The translations under genes and the position numbers were made by a program. Under the pieces are notes generated by a model that was not told where the DNA came from, made no database searches, and was given only the letters and a program-made list of their open reading frames with translations. Shown here in pieces: positions 21,142 to 30,013 of a stretch of DNA of 64,000 nucleotides (position 1 is the stretch's first letter; each line of letters starts with the position of its first letter). Origin of the DNA: Bacteroidaceae bacterium (GTDB lineage: Bacteria > Bacteroidota > Bacteroidia > Bacteroidales > Bacteroidaceae); the NCBI GenBank assembly GCA_017448965.1, contig JAFSKK010000058.1, positions 961 to 64,960 of the forward strand, in the 5' to 3' direction.

Positions 21142-21233
21142 CTTCCACTGCCTCCAAACCGACGTCGGGGACATCGGTCGACCGACATCGGGGACATCGG
21201 TTAACCGACATCGGGGACGTCGGTTTAGAGGCT
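21142..21233. repeat. palindromic intergenic element, family A copy 1 (three 23-bp ACCGACRTCGGGGAC units)
   Basis: ACCGAC recurs at 21158, 21181 and 21204. The termini CCTCCAAACCGAC / GTCGGTTTAGAGG are inverted. It is closely similar to 31822-31923. Confidence 0.85.
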
Positions 21234-21415
21234 ACGACGGTGCCGAAATGACGGTAAACGAAAAGCCGCACAAGCGGCAAACGAACAACCCCTGAAGGGC
21301 TATTTTCAACACGGCCGACACAATTTTTCGTCCAAAACATTTCCGTATTCAAGAAAAAAGTGTTTACTTTGCCAACGAAAACCCATTTATTAAAAAACCA
21401 AAACACATAAAACGT

Positions 21416-22078
21416 ATGAAAAAGAACATCTTGAGCCTCACTGTCCTTGTGGCAGCACTCGCATTCGCAATGCCTTCTCAGGCACAAATCAAGTTTGGTG
21501 TTAAGGCCGGTCTTAACGTCAACTCTTTTAGCGTGAAGAATCTCCCTATGGCTGTCAACAAGAAAAACCGCAACGGTTTCTTCGCAGGTGTGACAGCCGA
21601 CGTCACTGTTCCTCTTGTGGGTCTTGGCGTTGACGCTTCATTATTGTACGACAACCGCTGCATCGGTCTTAGAGGCACTGAGATAGAATATGAGGATGAT
21701 GAGATCATACCAGTCGGACAGATTGAATCTCACAAGACTTTCCACTACATCTCAGTGCCTATCAACGTGAAATACACCGTGGGCTTGAGCAGTTTGGCAA
21801 GTGTCTATCTCGCCACAGGTCCTCAGTTCTCATGGAACGTCGGCGACCGTCACTGGCGTTTTGACGAATTGGACGAAGGTTGGGAAATGAAAAGTTCTCA
21901 ATTCAGCTGGAACGTTGGTTGCGGTGCTACTGTAATGAGCCACGTACGCGTAGGCTACAACTTCAACATTGCGCTCGGCAACACAGCCGAAACGACCTTC
22001 TGGACAGTGGGCGAAAAAGCCTTCAAGAGCAAACTCAAGAACAACACCCATCAGATTTCTTTGACTTATATCTTCTAA
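21416..22078 (+). CDS. outer-membrane beta-barrel (porin-family/OmpW-PorT-like) protein
   Basis: 220 aa with signal peptide MKKNILSLTVLVAALAFAMPSQA. It then shows the alternating beta-strand pattern QIKFGVKAGLNV... and ends in an aromatic residue (YIF). Confidence 0.7.
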   Translation: MKKNILSLTVLVAALAFAMPSQAQIKFGVKAGLNVNSFSVKNLPMAVNKKNRNGFFAGVTADVTVPLVGLGVDASLLYDNRCIGLRGTEIEYEDDEIIPVGQIESHKTFHYISVPINVKYTVGLSSLASVYLATGPQFSWNVGDRHWRFDELDEGWEMKSSQFSWNVGCGATVMSHVRVGYNFNIALGNTAETTFWTVGEKAFKSKLKNNTHQISLTYIF

Positions 22079-22081
22079 TTG

Positions 22082-24103
22082 ATGTTTGCCGACATCATAC
22101 TCCCCATACCATTCGACAGCTTCACATACCTCATTCCTCCGGCCTTGGAGGACAGAGTGATGCGAGGCTGTCGAGTTGTTGTGCCCCTCGGCAAGAACAA
22201 AATCTACACAGGCGTGGTGCTCCGCACTCACAACAATGCCCCAGCTGGCGTGGAGATGAAGGCCATCATAGAGGTGCTCGACAACACGCCCGTCGTGAAC
22301 GAGCCGCAATTCGCCTTTTGGCAATGGGTGGCCAACTATTATCTTTGTCCGCTGGGCGATGTGATGAAAGCCGCTCTGCCTGGCGCGATGAAACCCAAAG
22401 ACGAGAAGGCACTACGAGAGTCTTCTCGCAAACGTCGAAGCAGCACCATCGACTCGCTCTATAGCAATGATGTCGCAACGCTCTCGGCTCTCTCACCCCC
22501 TCAGCAGAAGGCTTTCGACGAAATCGGAACCTCTTTCCTCACCAAGAACGTCACCCTCCTTCATGGAGTCACCTCTTCGGGCAAGACGGAAATCTATATC
22601 CATCTCATCGACAAGTATCTAAGTCAGGGCAAGCAGGTGCTCTATCTTTTGCCAGAGATTGCCTTGACCACCCAAATCACCGATCGCCTTCGACGCTTCT
22701 TTGGCGACCGCATGGGTGTCTATCATTCCAAGTTTACAGACGCACAACGTCTGGATGTTTACAAACGTCAGGCCTCTCCCACCCCCTACCAACTCATATT
22801 GGGTGTGCGCTCCAGCGTTTTTCTTCCTTTCCAGAACCTTGGCCTCGTCATCGTCGACGAAGAGCACGAGCAGAGTTACAAGCAGCAAGAACCGGCACCA
22901 CGCTATCATGCCCGCAACGCCGCCATCATGCTTGCCCACATGTTTAAGGCCAAAACGTTGCTGGGAACAGCCACACCTTCCTTCGAGGTGTATCATCTGG
23001 CCAAGAAAGAGCGTTATGGCTACGTGCGGCTCACACAGCGCTTTCGCGACATGCAACTGCCCACCATCGAAGTCGTCGACACCAAAGAAGCCAAGCGCAA
23101 GCGGCTCATGAAGGGACTCTTCTCCCCTCGTCTCATCGAGGTGATGAAGACCGCCCTCGAAAAGAAGGAACAAATCATCCTCTTTCAGAACCGTCGCGGC
23201 TTTTCCTCTTTTATCGAGTGCAAGACGTGCGGCTGGGTGCCCCATTGCCCTCATTGCGATGTCACGCTGACCCTCCACAAGAAAACCTCTACCCTCACTT
23301 GCCACTATTGCGGCTACACCACACGCATTCCCGAGCGTTGCCCCGCCTGCGAAGAGAACAAATTCACAGATGTAGGTACAGGCACAGAAAAGGTGGAAGA
23401 ACAGATGGCCAAACTCTTCGAAGGCGCCACCACCCTGCGAATGGATCTCGACACCGCAACGACACGCACCCAATACGAACAAATCATCAGCGACTTTGCA
23501 GAACATAAGGCCGACATCCTCATCGGAACCCAGATGGTCACGAAAGGACTCGACTTCGACAATGTCTCTGTCGTGGGCATTCTCGATGCCGACACGATGC
23601 TCAACCTGCCCGATTTCCGCAGTTATGAACGCACCTTCCAGACACTCAGCCAAGTGGCTGGGCGTGCAGGTCGCAACAACACCAGCGGACACGTCATCCT
23701 GCAAACCCGCTCGGCCGACAGCGACATCATCCGCCAAATCACACAAGCCGACTATTGGCAGATGTTCTGTACTCAAATGACTGAGCGCCAGTTGTTTCAC
23801 TATCCACCCTTCCGCCGCCTCATCTACGTTTACCTGCGCCATCGCGACGACCAACTGCTCGACCATCTCGCCAACGATATGGCCGACCGCCTTCGTGCCG
23901 TCTTTGGAGAACGCGTGTTGGGACCTGACCGACCACCTGTGGCTCGCATCCACTCCCTCTTCATTCGCAAAATCATGCTTAAAATCGAGTTAGAAGCCTC
24001 CACAGAGAAAGTGCGGCAAAATCTCATCGCCATCCAGCAACAGATGCTCGCACTCCCTGTCGCCAAGAATCTCAACATCTATTACGATGTAGATCCGCTC
24101 TGA
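22082..24103 (+). CDS. priA: primosomal protein N' (replication restart helicase PriA)
   Basis: Has Walker A GVTSSGKTE, DEEH box VIVDEEHE and Cys-rich zinc motifs CKTCGW..CPHCD...CHYCG..CPAC. The ATG at 22082 is preferred over the TTG at 22079. Confidence 0.93.
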   Translation: MFADIILPIPFDSFTYLIPPALEDRVMRGCRVVVPLGKNKIYTGVVLRTHNNAPAGVEMKAIIEVLDNTPVVNEPQFAFWQWVANYYLCPLGDVMKAALPGAMKPKDEKALRESSRKRRSSTIDSLYSNDVATLSALSPPQQKAFDEIGTSFLTKNVTLLHGVTSSGKTEIYIHLIDKYLSQGKQVLYLLPEIALTTQITDRLRRFFGDRMGVYHSKFTDAQRLDVYKRQASPTPYQLILGVRSSVFLPFQNLGLVIVDEEHEQSYKQQEPAPRYHARNAAIMLAHMFKAKTLLGTATPSFEVYHLAKKERYGYVRLTQRFRDMQLPTIEVVDTKEAKRKRLMKGLFSPRLIEVMKTALEKKEQIILFQNRRGFSSFIECKTCGWVPHCPHCDVTLTLHKKTSTLTCHYCGYTTRIPERCPACEENKFTDVGTGTEKVEEQMAKLFEGATTLRMDLDTATTRTQYEQIISDFAEHKADILIGTQMVTKGLDFDNVSVVGILDADTMLNLPDFRSYERTFQTLSQVAGRAGRNNTSGHVILQTRSADSDIIRQITQADYWQMFCTQMTERQLFHYPPFRRLIYVYLRHRDDQLLDHLANDMADRLRAVFGERVLGPDRPPVARIHSLFIRKIMLKIELEASTEKVRQNLIAIQQQMLALPVAKNLNIYYDVDPL

Positions 24104-24222
24104 CTCACAATCCTTTCCTCTCAAACACCCACAATTCGCCCCTCTTTTTGTTTGGCTTGTGCCACAATGCCCTTGTTACAAATATTTTTTCATCTAAGCC
24201 TTTGATATTCCGAAAAGTTTGT

Positions 24223-24230
24223 TTACCTTT
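24223..24230 (+). promoter_or_regulatory. -7 promoter box TACCTTTG
   Basis: TAnnTTTG match about 38 nt upstream of the ATG at 24268. Confidence 0.45.
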
Positions 24231-24267
24231 GCCCCAAATGTTTTATGCTCATTAACTTGACTATCTT

Positions 24268-27200
24268 ATGACTTACACTAACCTATCTACTCATCTACAG
24301 AAAGCATTGTCTTTCGTCATCATTTTCACCTGCTTCTTGACCGCTAAAGCGGAACTCACCGCAAATGGTGAATACTACATCTGGCTCAACATCTACGAGA
24401 AATTGCTGGGTAGCAGCGAAGACGGCAGCGAGCCTGCTCTCTCTGCCTTTTCGAAAAACAGCGATGCTGACAGTTACGTCTTCGTGGCAGAAGCATCGGG
24501 TAAAAGTGGCTATGTCCTGCTGCGCCAGAAGAGCAGCGGAAGGTATCTTGCCGCCAGCAGTTCCAGCAGCTACAGCGTTGTTTTCGAGAGCAACCGCTCG
24601 ACAGACGACCGCTTTTGCTGGAAGGTGGACGAAGGCACTTACACCTACCTCATCAACAAGAAGAACAGCAAATACCTGGGCGTGGATGGAGCCAACAAAG
24701 GTTCCGACTACGTGAGCGTCTATTACAACAAGCCAAAGGGCAGCCACTCCCAGTTCTCAGCCATCCCCACCGCAGGAGGCACATGGTCGGTAGCACGCCA
24801 GTCTTACGAATCGGAAGTTTACACCAACGCACAGGGAATCAATGAGATTGACTATTGCCAACTGAAGAACAAAAGCATCAGCTACTCGGATGCCATCGAC
24901 ATCCACATCACGGCAAACGACAACCCTCTGCTCGGTACCACAACCATCAACCTGGGTAGCGAGGACACGTGGCTCATCTTCGACAACATCGTGCCCACCA
25001 GCGTCATCGGCAATTGCCTCAAATATGTGACCATCAACGGGAAGAAGGCAAAAGAAGGAACCAACTGCCGAGTGGCCATCTACCTGAATGGTGCAGCAGT
25101 CATTCCTACCCCTAAGACCGTTATGGCCTGCAACGGCACCAACGGCGAGTTCACGCTTGCTGTGGGCAACCACACCAACCTGAGCAAACAAAGCAACAGC
25201 ATGACCAGTTTCGTGCTTCGCCGCGGCTATATGGCAACGCTCGCAACAGGCTCTAACGGAAGCGGTTACAGCCGCGTCTATGTGGCTGATCATGCAGACC
25301 TTGAAGTCACTCTTCCCACGGCTCTGACCAAGCGTGTCACCTCTGTGAACGTGAAAGAGTGGCAATACCTGTCAAAGAAGGGATGGGGACATCTGGGTGG
25401 TTCTGCAGGCACCGACAAACTGCGTGCTACTTGGTTCTGGACATGGAGTGCCGACCAAAGTTCCACCAAGGATTATGAATACGTTCCCTGCCGGCAACAC
25501 CGCTACTGGCCAAGCAAAGACGACGTGAACAGCCATACGGCTACAGCCGCCATCTCGCTCAATGAGCCAGAGCACTCTGAGCAACACGATAAATGTGCTT
25601 GCGGAGGTACCATCGACGCATGGACGGCATACCAACTCTCTCCCGACTTTCTGGAAGGCGGCGGACGCATCGGCTCTCCACAACCCACCGACCTCAGTTA
25701 TCTCACCAAGTTCTGCGAATATGTGGACAACAACGCCAAACGCTGCGATTTTACGGTGACCCATGCCTACTGGGATCTTGCCAGTTACGACGAAACCAGT
25801 TATGCCAACTGGTTCTGCAACACTGAGTGCAAGAGCATCTGGAACAACACTGGCCGCCCCGTCTGGCTCACAGAAATGGAAATCAGCGCATCGTGGAACA
25901 CCAATAAAGTGAGCGACTACGAGCAGAACAGGAAATACCTGCAAGCGTTGCTGCAGAAGATGGATGAATGCCCCTGGATTGAACGCTACGCCATCTACGG
26001 CACCGACATGTGGCAGACCTACATGTTCTACGATGCCAACACCAGCAAGGGTCTCACCCCTGCTGGTCAGGTGTATCGTGACCACCGTGCCACCTTTGCT
26101 TACAACAGCAAATACACCAAAGTCCCCACATGGTGGCAGCCCAGCATGAAATCACCCACTCTCGACTACTCCATCAACGCATCGGCCAACACCATCACTT
26201 TCACGATCGGCAACACCAATGGCGACGCGACCGACCAACTCGTCCTGCAACGCAAAGTGGGGGACAATTGGGAAGACCTTTACAGCGTGACCAACCGCTC
26301 TCAGTTAGAAAACGAGAAAGTCACCTGCACCCTCTCGCTCGATGACATTGACCGCGAGAATGACATCTTCCGTGTGGCTGCCACCAACCTCTATGGTGGT
26401 GAAGCCACCAGCGAAGACAAGGGAACAGGGTTCATCACCAATCCTAAGATTGTGACCACCAGCAAGAGCGAAGTGCCAGGTTGGACTTGCGAGCGCAACG
26501 CCTTGAATGGCTACACCAAAGCAGAATCAGGAGACACCTATTTCGAGGTGTGGGGACCCACAGCCACACAAATGGACTTCAACTACTATCAGGACATCAA
26601 GGACATCCCCAATGGTGTTTACCAACTTTCTGCAGCATGCTTCAACGCCACCAACGGAGAGGCTGGCGCATCAGTGAACGGAAACGTTGGGCTTTACGCT
26701 GTGGCTGATGGAATTGGCTACTTCACGCCTGTGACTACCGACGGTGAACTGGACAGCAACAACCGCCTCACCGTCGATGCCATCATCGTGCGCAACAACT
26801 CCATCCGCATCGGCATCCGCAACATTGGACAAATGACCGCACGGTGGGCAGGAGCCGACGATTTCTCCCTGAGTTATCTGGGCACAGAGGAAGAGGTGCT
26901 GAGAGAGACCTATCAAGAAGTCATTGGAAGCGCCGAACAGGGCATCATCAACCTTTTCCCCATCCTTGGCAACGACCAGCGTGACGCTTCAGGCCTCATT
27001 GCCAATGCTGACTGCAGTAGAGGCACCACTGACCGTTGGACAGTCAACAACCTCAGCACCAGTGCCAGTGAGAACAACAAGACGCCCTACGACAATGATG
27101 CCAGCAACCCCTACTTCAACATCTGGAAGTCAGGCAGCCTCAACTCCTCCTTACAGCAAACCATTTCTTACCTGCCAGCAGGTGAGTATCAACTCCAGGC

Positions 27201-27627
27201 GTTGTTCCGAGGAACAGATGGGCTCGCCATCACGCTGAAAGCAGAGCTGAACAGAGCCGATGGCACCAGCCAAACCTTTAGTCAGAGTGTGACAGGCGTT
27301 GGAGCCTTAACCATTGAAGGAAGCAACTATCCATACGGATGGATGGAAGCCACAACAGAACCCATCACCGTCAAGCATGGAGACCAACTCACCATTGGTG
27401 CCGAAACCAGCTCCAACAAGACGGCATGGTGGAGTATCGACCACTTCCGACTCATCTTCAGCCCGCTGCCAGAAGAGCCTGATGTCATCAACGGCACAAA
27501 ATCCCGTACATCAACAGACGGCACTTTCTACACACTTGACGGTCGTAAGACACAAGGGAAGAAGGCACCTGGCATCTATATTATCCGCCATGCTGACGGA
27601 ACACCTCGCAAGGTGCTTGTTCGCTAA
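24268..27627 (+). CDS. T9SS-secreted multidomain protein with a glycosyl-hydrolase catalytic-core (PF11790/GH128-like) module, two CBM-like beta-sandwich repeats and a Por C-terminal sorting domain
   Basis: 1119 aa with a signal peptide. The core pattern is WFWTWS...YEYVPC...ISLNEPEH...GGRIGSPQP...DFTVTHAYW...PVWLTEME. The C-terminus FYTLDGRK...GIYIIRHADGTPRKVLVR is typical of T9SS CTDs. Confidence 0.6.
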   Translation: MTYTNLSTHLQKALSFVIIFTCFLTAKAELTANGEYYIWLNIYEKLLGSSEDGSEPALSAFSKNSDADSYVFVAEASGKSGYVLLRQKSSGRYLAASSSSSYSVVFESNRSTDDRFCWKVDEGTYTYLINKKNSKYLGVDGANKGSDYVSVYYNKPKGSHSQFSAIPTAGGTWSVARQSYESEVYTNAQGINEIDYCQLKNKSISYSDAIDIHITANDNPLLGTTTINLGSEDTWLIFDNIVPTSVIGNCLKYVTINGKKAKEGTNCRVAIYLNGAAVIPTPKTVMACNGTNGEFTLAVGNHTNLSKQSNSMTSFVLRRGYMATLATGSNGSGYSRVYVADHADLEVTLPTALTKRVTSVNVKEWQYLSKKGWGHLGGSAGTDKLRATWFWTWSADQSSTKDYEYVPCRQHRYWPSKDDVNSHTATAAISLNEPEHSEQHDKCACGGTIDAWTAYQLSPDFLEGGGRIGSPQPTDLSYLTKFCEYVDNNAKRCDFTVTHAYWDLASYDETSYANWFCNTECKSIWNNTGRPVWLTEMEISASWNTNKVSDYEQNRKYLQALLQKMDECPWIERYAIYGTDMWQTYMFYDANTSKGLTPAGQVYRDHRATFAYNSKYTKVPTWWQPSMKSPTLDYSINASANTITFTIGNTNGDATDQLVLQRKVGDNWEDLYSVTNRSQLENEKVTCTLSLDDIDRENDIFRVAATNLYGGEATSEDKGTGFITNPKIVTTSKSEVPGWTCERNALNGYTKAESGDTYFEVWGPTATQMDFNYYQDIKDIPNGVYQLSAACFNATNGEAGASVNGNVGLYAVADGIGYFTPVTTDGELDSNNRLTVDAIIVRNNSIRIGIRNIGQMTARWAGADDFSLSYLGTEEEVLRETYQEVIGSAEQGIINLFPILGNDQRDASGLIANADCSRGTTDRWTVNNLSTSASENNKTPYDNDASNPYFNIWKSGSLNSSLQQTISYLPAGEYQLQALFRGTDGLAITLKAELNRADGTSQTFSQSVTGVGALTIEGSNYPYGWMEATTEPITVKHGDQLTIGAETSSNKTAWWSIDHFRLIFSPLPEEPDVINGTKSRTSTDGTFYTLDGRKTQGKKAPGIYIIRHADGTPRKVLVR

Positions 27628-27652
27628 CGCACACGTACATACATATAATAAA

Positions 27653-27683
27653 GGGCATAAAGTTCGAACTTTGTGCCCTTTTT
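27653..27683 (+). terminator. intrinsic terminator
   Basis: GGGCATAAAGTT-CG-AACTTTGTGCCC hairpin followed by T5. Confidence 0.75.
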
Positions 27684-27748
27684 GCACTCTTTTCGCCCTT
27701 TTGAGCATTAAAAATCCTTTAATTCATGGCTAAACGGAAAAAATGTGG

Positions 27749-27756
27749 TAAATTTG
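27749..27756 (+). promoter_or_regulatory. -7 promoter box TAAATTTG upstream of etfB
   Basis: TAnnTTTG match about 85 nt upstream of the etfB ATG. Confidence 0.4.
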
Positions 27757-27841
27757 CAACTCGGAACGTCTTGTCCAAACCGCAGATAGACAAGGTAAGA
27801 AAGAGAACAAATATACCAAAAACTATCAATAACACTATTTT

Positions 27842-28651
27842 ATGAGTCTAAAAATTATTGTGCTCGCAAAGCAGGTGCCAGACACACGTAATGTTGGCCC
27901 TGATGCGATGACTCCAGAGGGTACTGTGAACCGTGCCGCATTGCCAGCCGTGTTCAACCCCGAGGACTTGAACGCCCTTGAACAGGCACTTCGCCTGAAG
28001 GACGCAAACCCAGGTTCCACCATCACTATGCTCACTATGGGTCTCCCCAAGGCTGCCGAGGTGCTGAAAGAAGGTATCTACCGTGGTGCCGACGAAGGCA
28101 TCCTCATTTCTGACCGTCCACTGGGAGGTGCTGACACCCTTGCCACTTCCTACACACTGGCTCAGGCCATCAAGAAGGTGGGCGACTACGACATCATCCT
28201 CTGCGGTCGTCAGGCTATCGACGGTGACACTGCACAGGTAGGTCCACAGGTGGCAGAGAAGTTGGGTCTCACCCAGATCACTTACACCGAGGAGATTATC
28301 TCTCTCGACAAGGAAGCCAAAAAGATTGTGGCACGCCGCCACATTGACGGAGGCGTTGAGACGGTGGAAGGTCCACTTCCCATCGTGGTTACTGTAAACG
28401 GAAGCGCCGCTCCTTGCCGTGTACGCAACGTGAAGCGTGTGTGGGCAAACAAGAACCGCGAGTTCACCACTTGGGGTGCTGCCGACATTGAGGCTGATCC
28501 AGCACAGATTGGTAAGGCAGGTTCTCCCACCAACGTGAAGGCTGTGAAGAGCATTGTCTTCAAGGCGAAAGAAAACAAGACCCTCACTTCCAGCGATGCT
28601 GACGTGGAGAGTCTGATTGTTGAACTCATGGAAAGCAACACCATCGGATAA
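27842..28651 (+). CDS. etfB: electron transfer flavoprotein subunit beta
   Basis: 269 aa. The N-terminus KIIVLAKQVPDT and the motif ILCGRQAIDGDTAQVG are typical of EtfB/FixA. Confidence 0.93.
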   Translation: MSLKIIVLAKQVPDTRNVGPDAMTPEGTVNRAALPAVFNPEDLNALEQALRLKDANPGSTITMLTMGLPKAAEVLKEGIYRGADEGILISDRPLGGADTLATSYTLAQAIKKVGDYDIILCGRQAIDGDTAQVGPQVAEKLGLTQITYTEEIISLDKEAKKIVARRHIDGGVETVEGPLPIVVTVNGSAAPCRVRNVKRVWANKNREFTTWGAADIEADPAQIGKAGSPTNVKAVKSIVFKAKENKTLTSSDADVESLIVELMESNTIG

Positions 28652-28660
28652 TGAATAGCA

Positions 28661-28773
28661 GACCCTCTCCCCAACCCTCCCCCATAATGGGGAGGGCGAC
28701 CGTGCGGGATGTTGGGAACAAGCCGGATGGCTCTCCCCATTACGGGGGAGATGTCCGAAGGACAGAGAGGGTC
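28661..28773. mobile_element. MITE-like palindromic element (family B) inserted between etfB and etfA, flanked by a duplicated CATCGGATAAT
   Basis: Terminal inverted repeats GACCCTCTC / GAGAGGGTC. Internal hairpins are CTCCCCCATAATGGGGAGGG and CTCCCCATTACGGGGGAG. The 11-bp direct repeats lie at 28642-28652 and 28779-28789. Confidence 0.75.
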
Positions 28774-28790
28774 TAAAACATCGGATAATC

Positions 28791-29831
28791 ATGAATAACG
28801 TATTTGTATATTGTGAACTTGAAGGCAACAAGGTTGCTGACGTAAGTTTGGAGCTTTGCACCAAGGGTCGCAAACTCGCCAACCAACTTGGTGTACAGTT
28901 GGAGGCTGTCCTTGTAGGTACAGGCCTCGACGGTGTTGAGAAGCAGGTGATTCCTTTTGGTGTTGACCGTGTACACATCTTCGACGCAGAGGGTCTTTTC
29001 CCTTACACATCACTTCCCCACACTTCTGCTGTCGTGAACCTCTTCAAGGAGGAGAAGCCACAGATTTGCCTCTTGGGTGCTACCGTCATTGGCCGTGACC
29101 TCGGTCCTCGTGTATCTTCTGCACTGCACTCAGGTCTGACTGCTGACTGCACCCAGTTGGAGATTGGCTCTTTCGACATGAAGGTGAAGGATGCTGAGGG
29201 CAACATGGTTGATAAGCACTACGAAGATCAGCTCTATCAGATTCGTCCTGCATTCGGTGGTTCCATCATCGCCACCATCGTCAACCCCGAACATCGCCCA
29301 CAGATGGCAACCGTTCGTGACGGTGTGATGAAGAAGGAAATCCTTGACGAGAACTACAAGGGCGAAGTGGTGAAGCACGATGTGGCCAAGTACATCCCAA
29401 CTACCGACTATGTGGTGAAGGTGCTTGACCGTCACGTAGAGAAGGCTAAGCACAACCTCAAGGGTGCTCCTATCATCGTGGCAGGTGGTTACGGCGTAGG
29501 TGGTCCTGAAGGCTTCAACCTCCTGTTCGACCTCGCGAAGGAGCTTCACGCAGAGGTAGGTGCCAGCCGTGCAGCTGTCGATGCAGGTTGGATTGACCAC
29601 GACCGTCAGATTGGTCAGACAGGCACCACAGTTCGTCCTAAAGTCTATATTGCTTGCGGCATCTCAGGTGCCATTCAGCACGTGGCAGGTATGAAGGACT
29701 CTGGCATCATCATCTCCATCAACTCCGACCCACAGGCACCCATCAACCAGATTGCCGACTACATCATCAACGGCACCATCGAAGAGGTTGTTCCAAAACT
29801 CATCAAGTATTACAAAAAGAACAGTAAGTAA
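28791..29831 (+). CDS. etfA: electron transfer flavoprotein subunit alpha
   Basis: 346 aa. Has the C-terminal FAD-binding pattern VYIACGISGAIQHVAGM and follows etfB. Confidence 0.93.
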   Translation: MNNVFVYCELEGNKVADVSLELCTKGRKLANQLGVQLEAVLVGTGLDGVEKQVIPFGVDRVHIFDAEGLFPYTSLPHTSAVVNLFKEEKPQICLLGATVIGRDLGPRVSSALHSGLTADCTQLEIGSFDMKVKDAEGNMVDKHYEDQLYQIRPAFGGSIIATIVNPEHRPQMATVRDGVMKKEILDENYKGEVVKHDVAKYIPTTDYVVKVLDRHVEKAKHNLKGAPIIVAGGYGVGGPEGFNLLFDLAKELHAEVGASRAAVDAGWIDHDRQIGQTGTTVRPKVYIACGISGAIQHVAGMKDSGIIISINSDPQAPINQIADYIINGTIEEVVPKLIKYYKKNSK

Positions 29832-30011
29832 ATGAATAATATCTTTTTGCATATTGCTACTATCGTATTGATTCTTGTCATTATGTTCTCCATTGTGGCA
29901 CTTCTGAGAGGAATCGTTAATCCTGCTATCGCTTATGCCCTTGGTGCTGGCATTGGCTATGTAATAGGCGTTAGTCTTACAAACGCAATAAGAAAAAGAA
30001 AAAAGAAATAA
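29832..30011 (+). CDS. small membrane protein (59 aa, two predicted TM helices, KRKKK tail); below the ORF-track cut-off
   Basis: The ATG directly abuts the etfA stop, and the TAA lies 2 nt before the acyl-CoA dehydrogenase ATG. Translation: MNNIFLHIATIVLILVIMFSIVALLRGIVNPAIAYALGAGIGYVIGVSLTNAIRKRKKK. Confidence 0.5.
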   Translation: MNNIFLHIATIVLILVIMFSIVALLRGIVNPAIAYALGAGIGYVIGVSLTNAIRKRKKK

Positions 30012-30013
30012 TC

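Noticed and set aside
20975-21487. 170-aa minus-strand ORF in the mraZ/OMP intergenic region
   Set aside because: It is driven by the palindromic repeat and overlaps the OMP gene start. It has no promoter box or motif.
22619-23953. 444-aa minus-strand ORF inside priA
   Set aside because: Antisense to priA (Walker A, DEEH and zinc motifs). No independent support.
27848-28978. 376-aa minus-strand ORF across etfB, the MITE and the start of etfA
   Set aside because: Antisense to two conserved ETF genes, and it runs straight through a repeat element.
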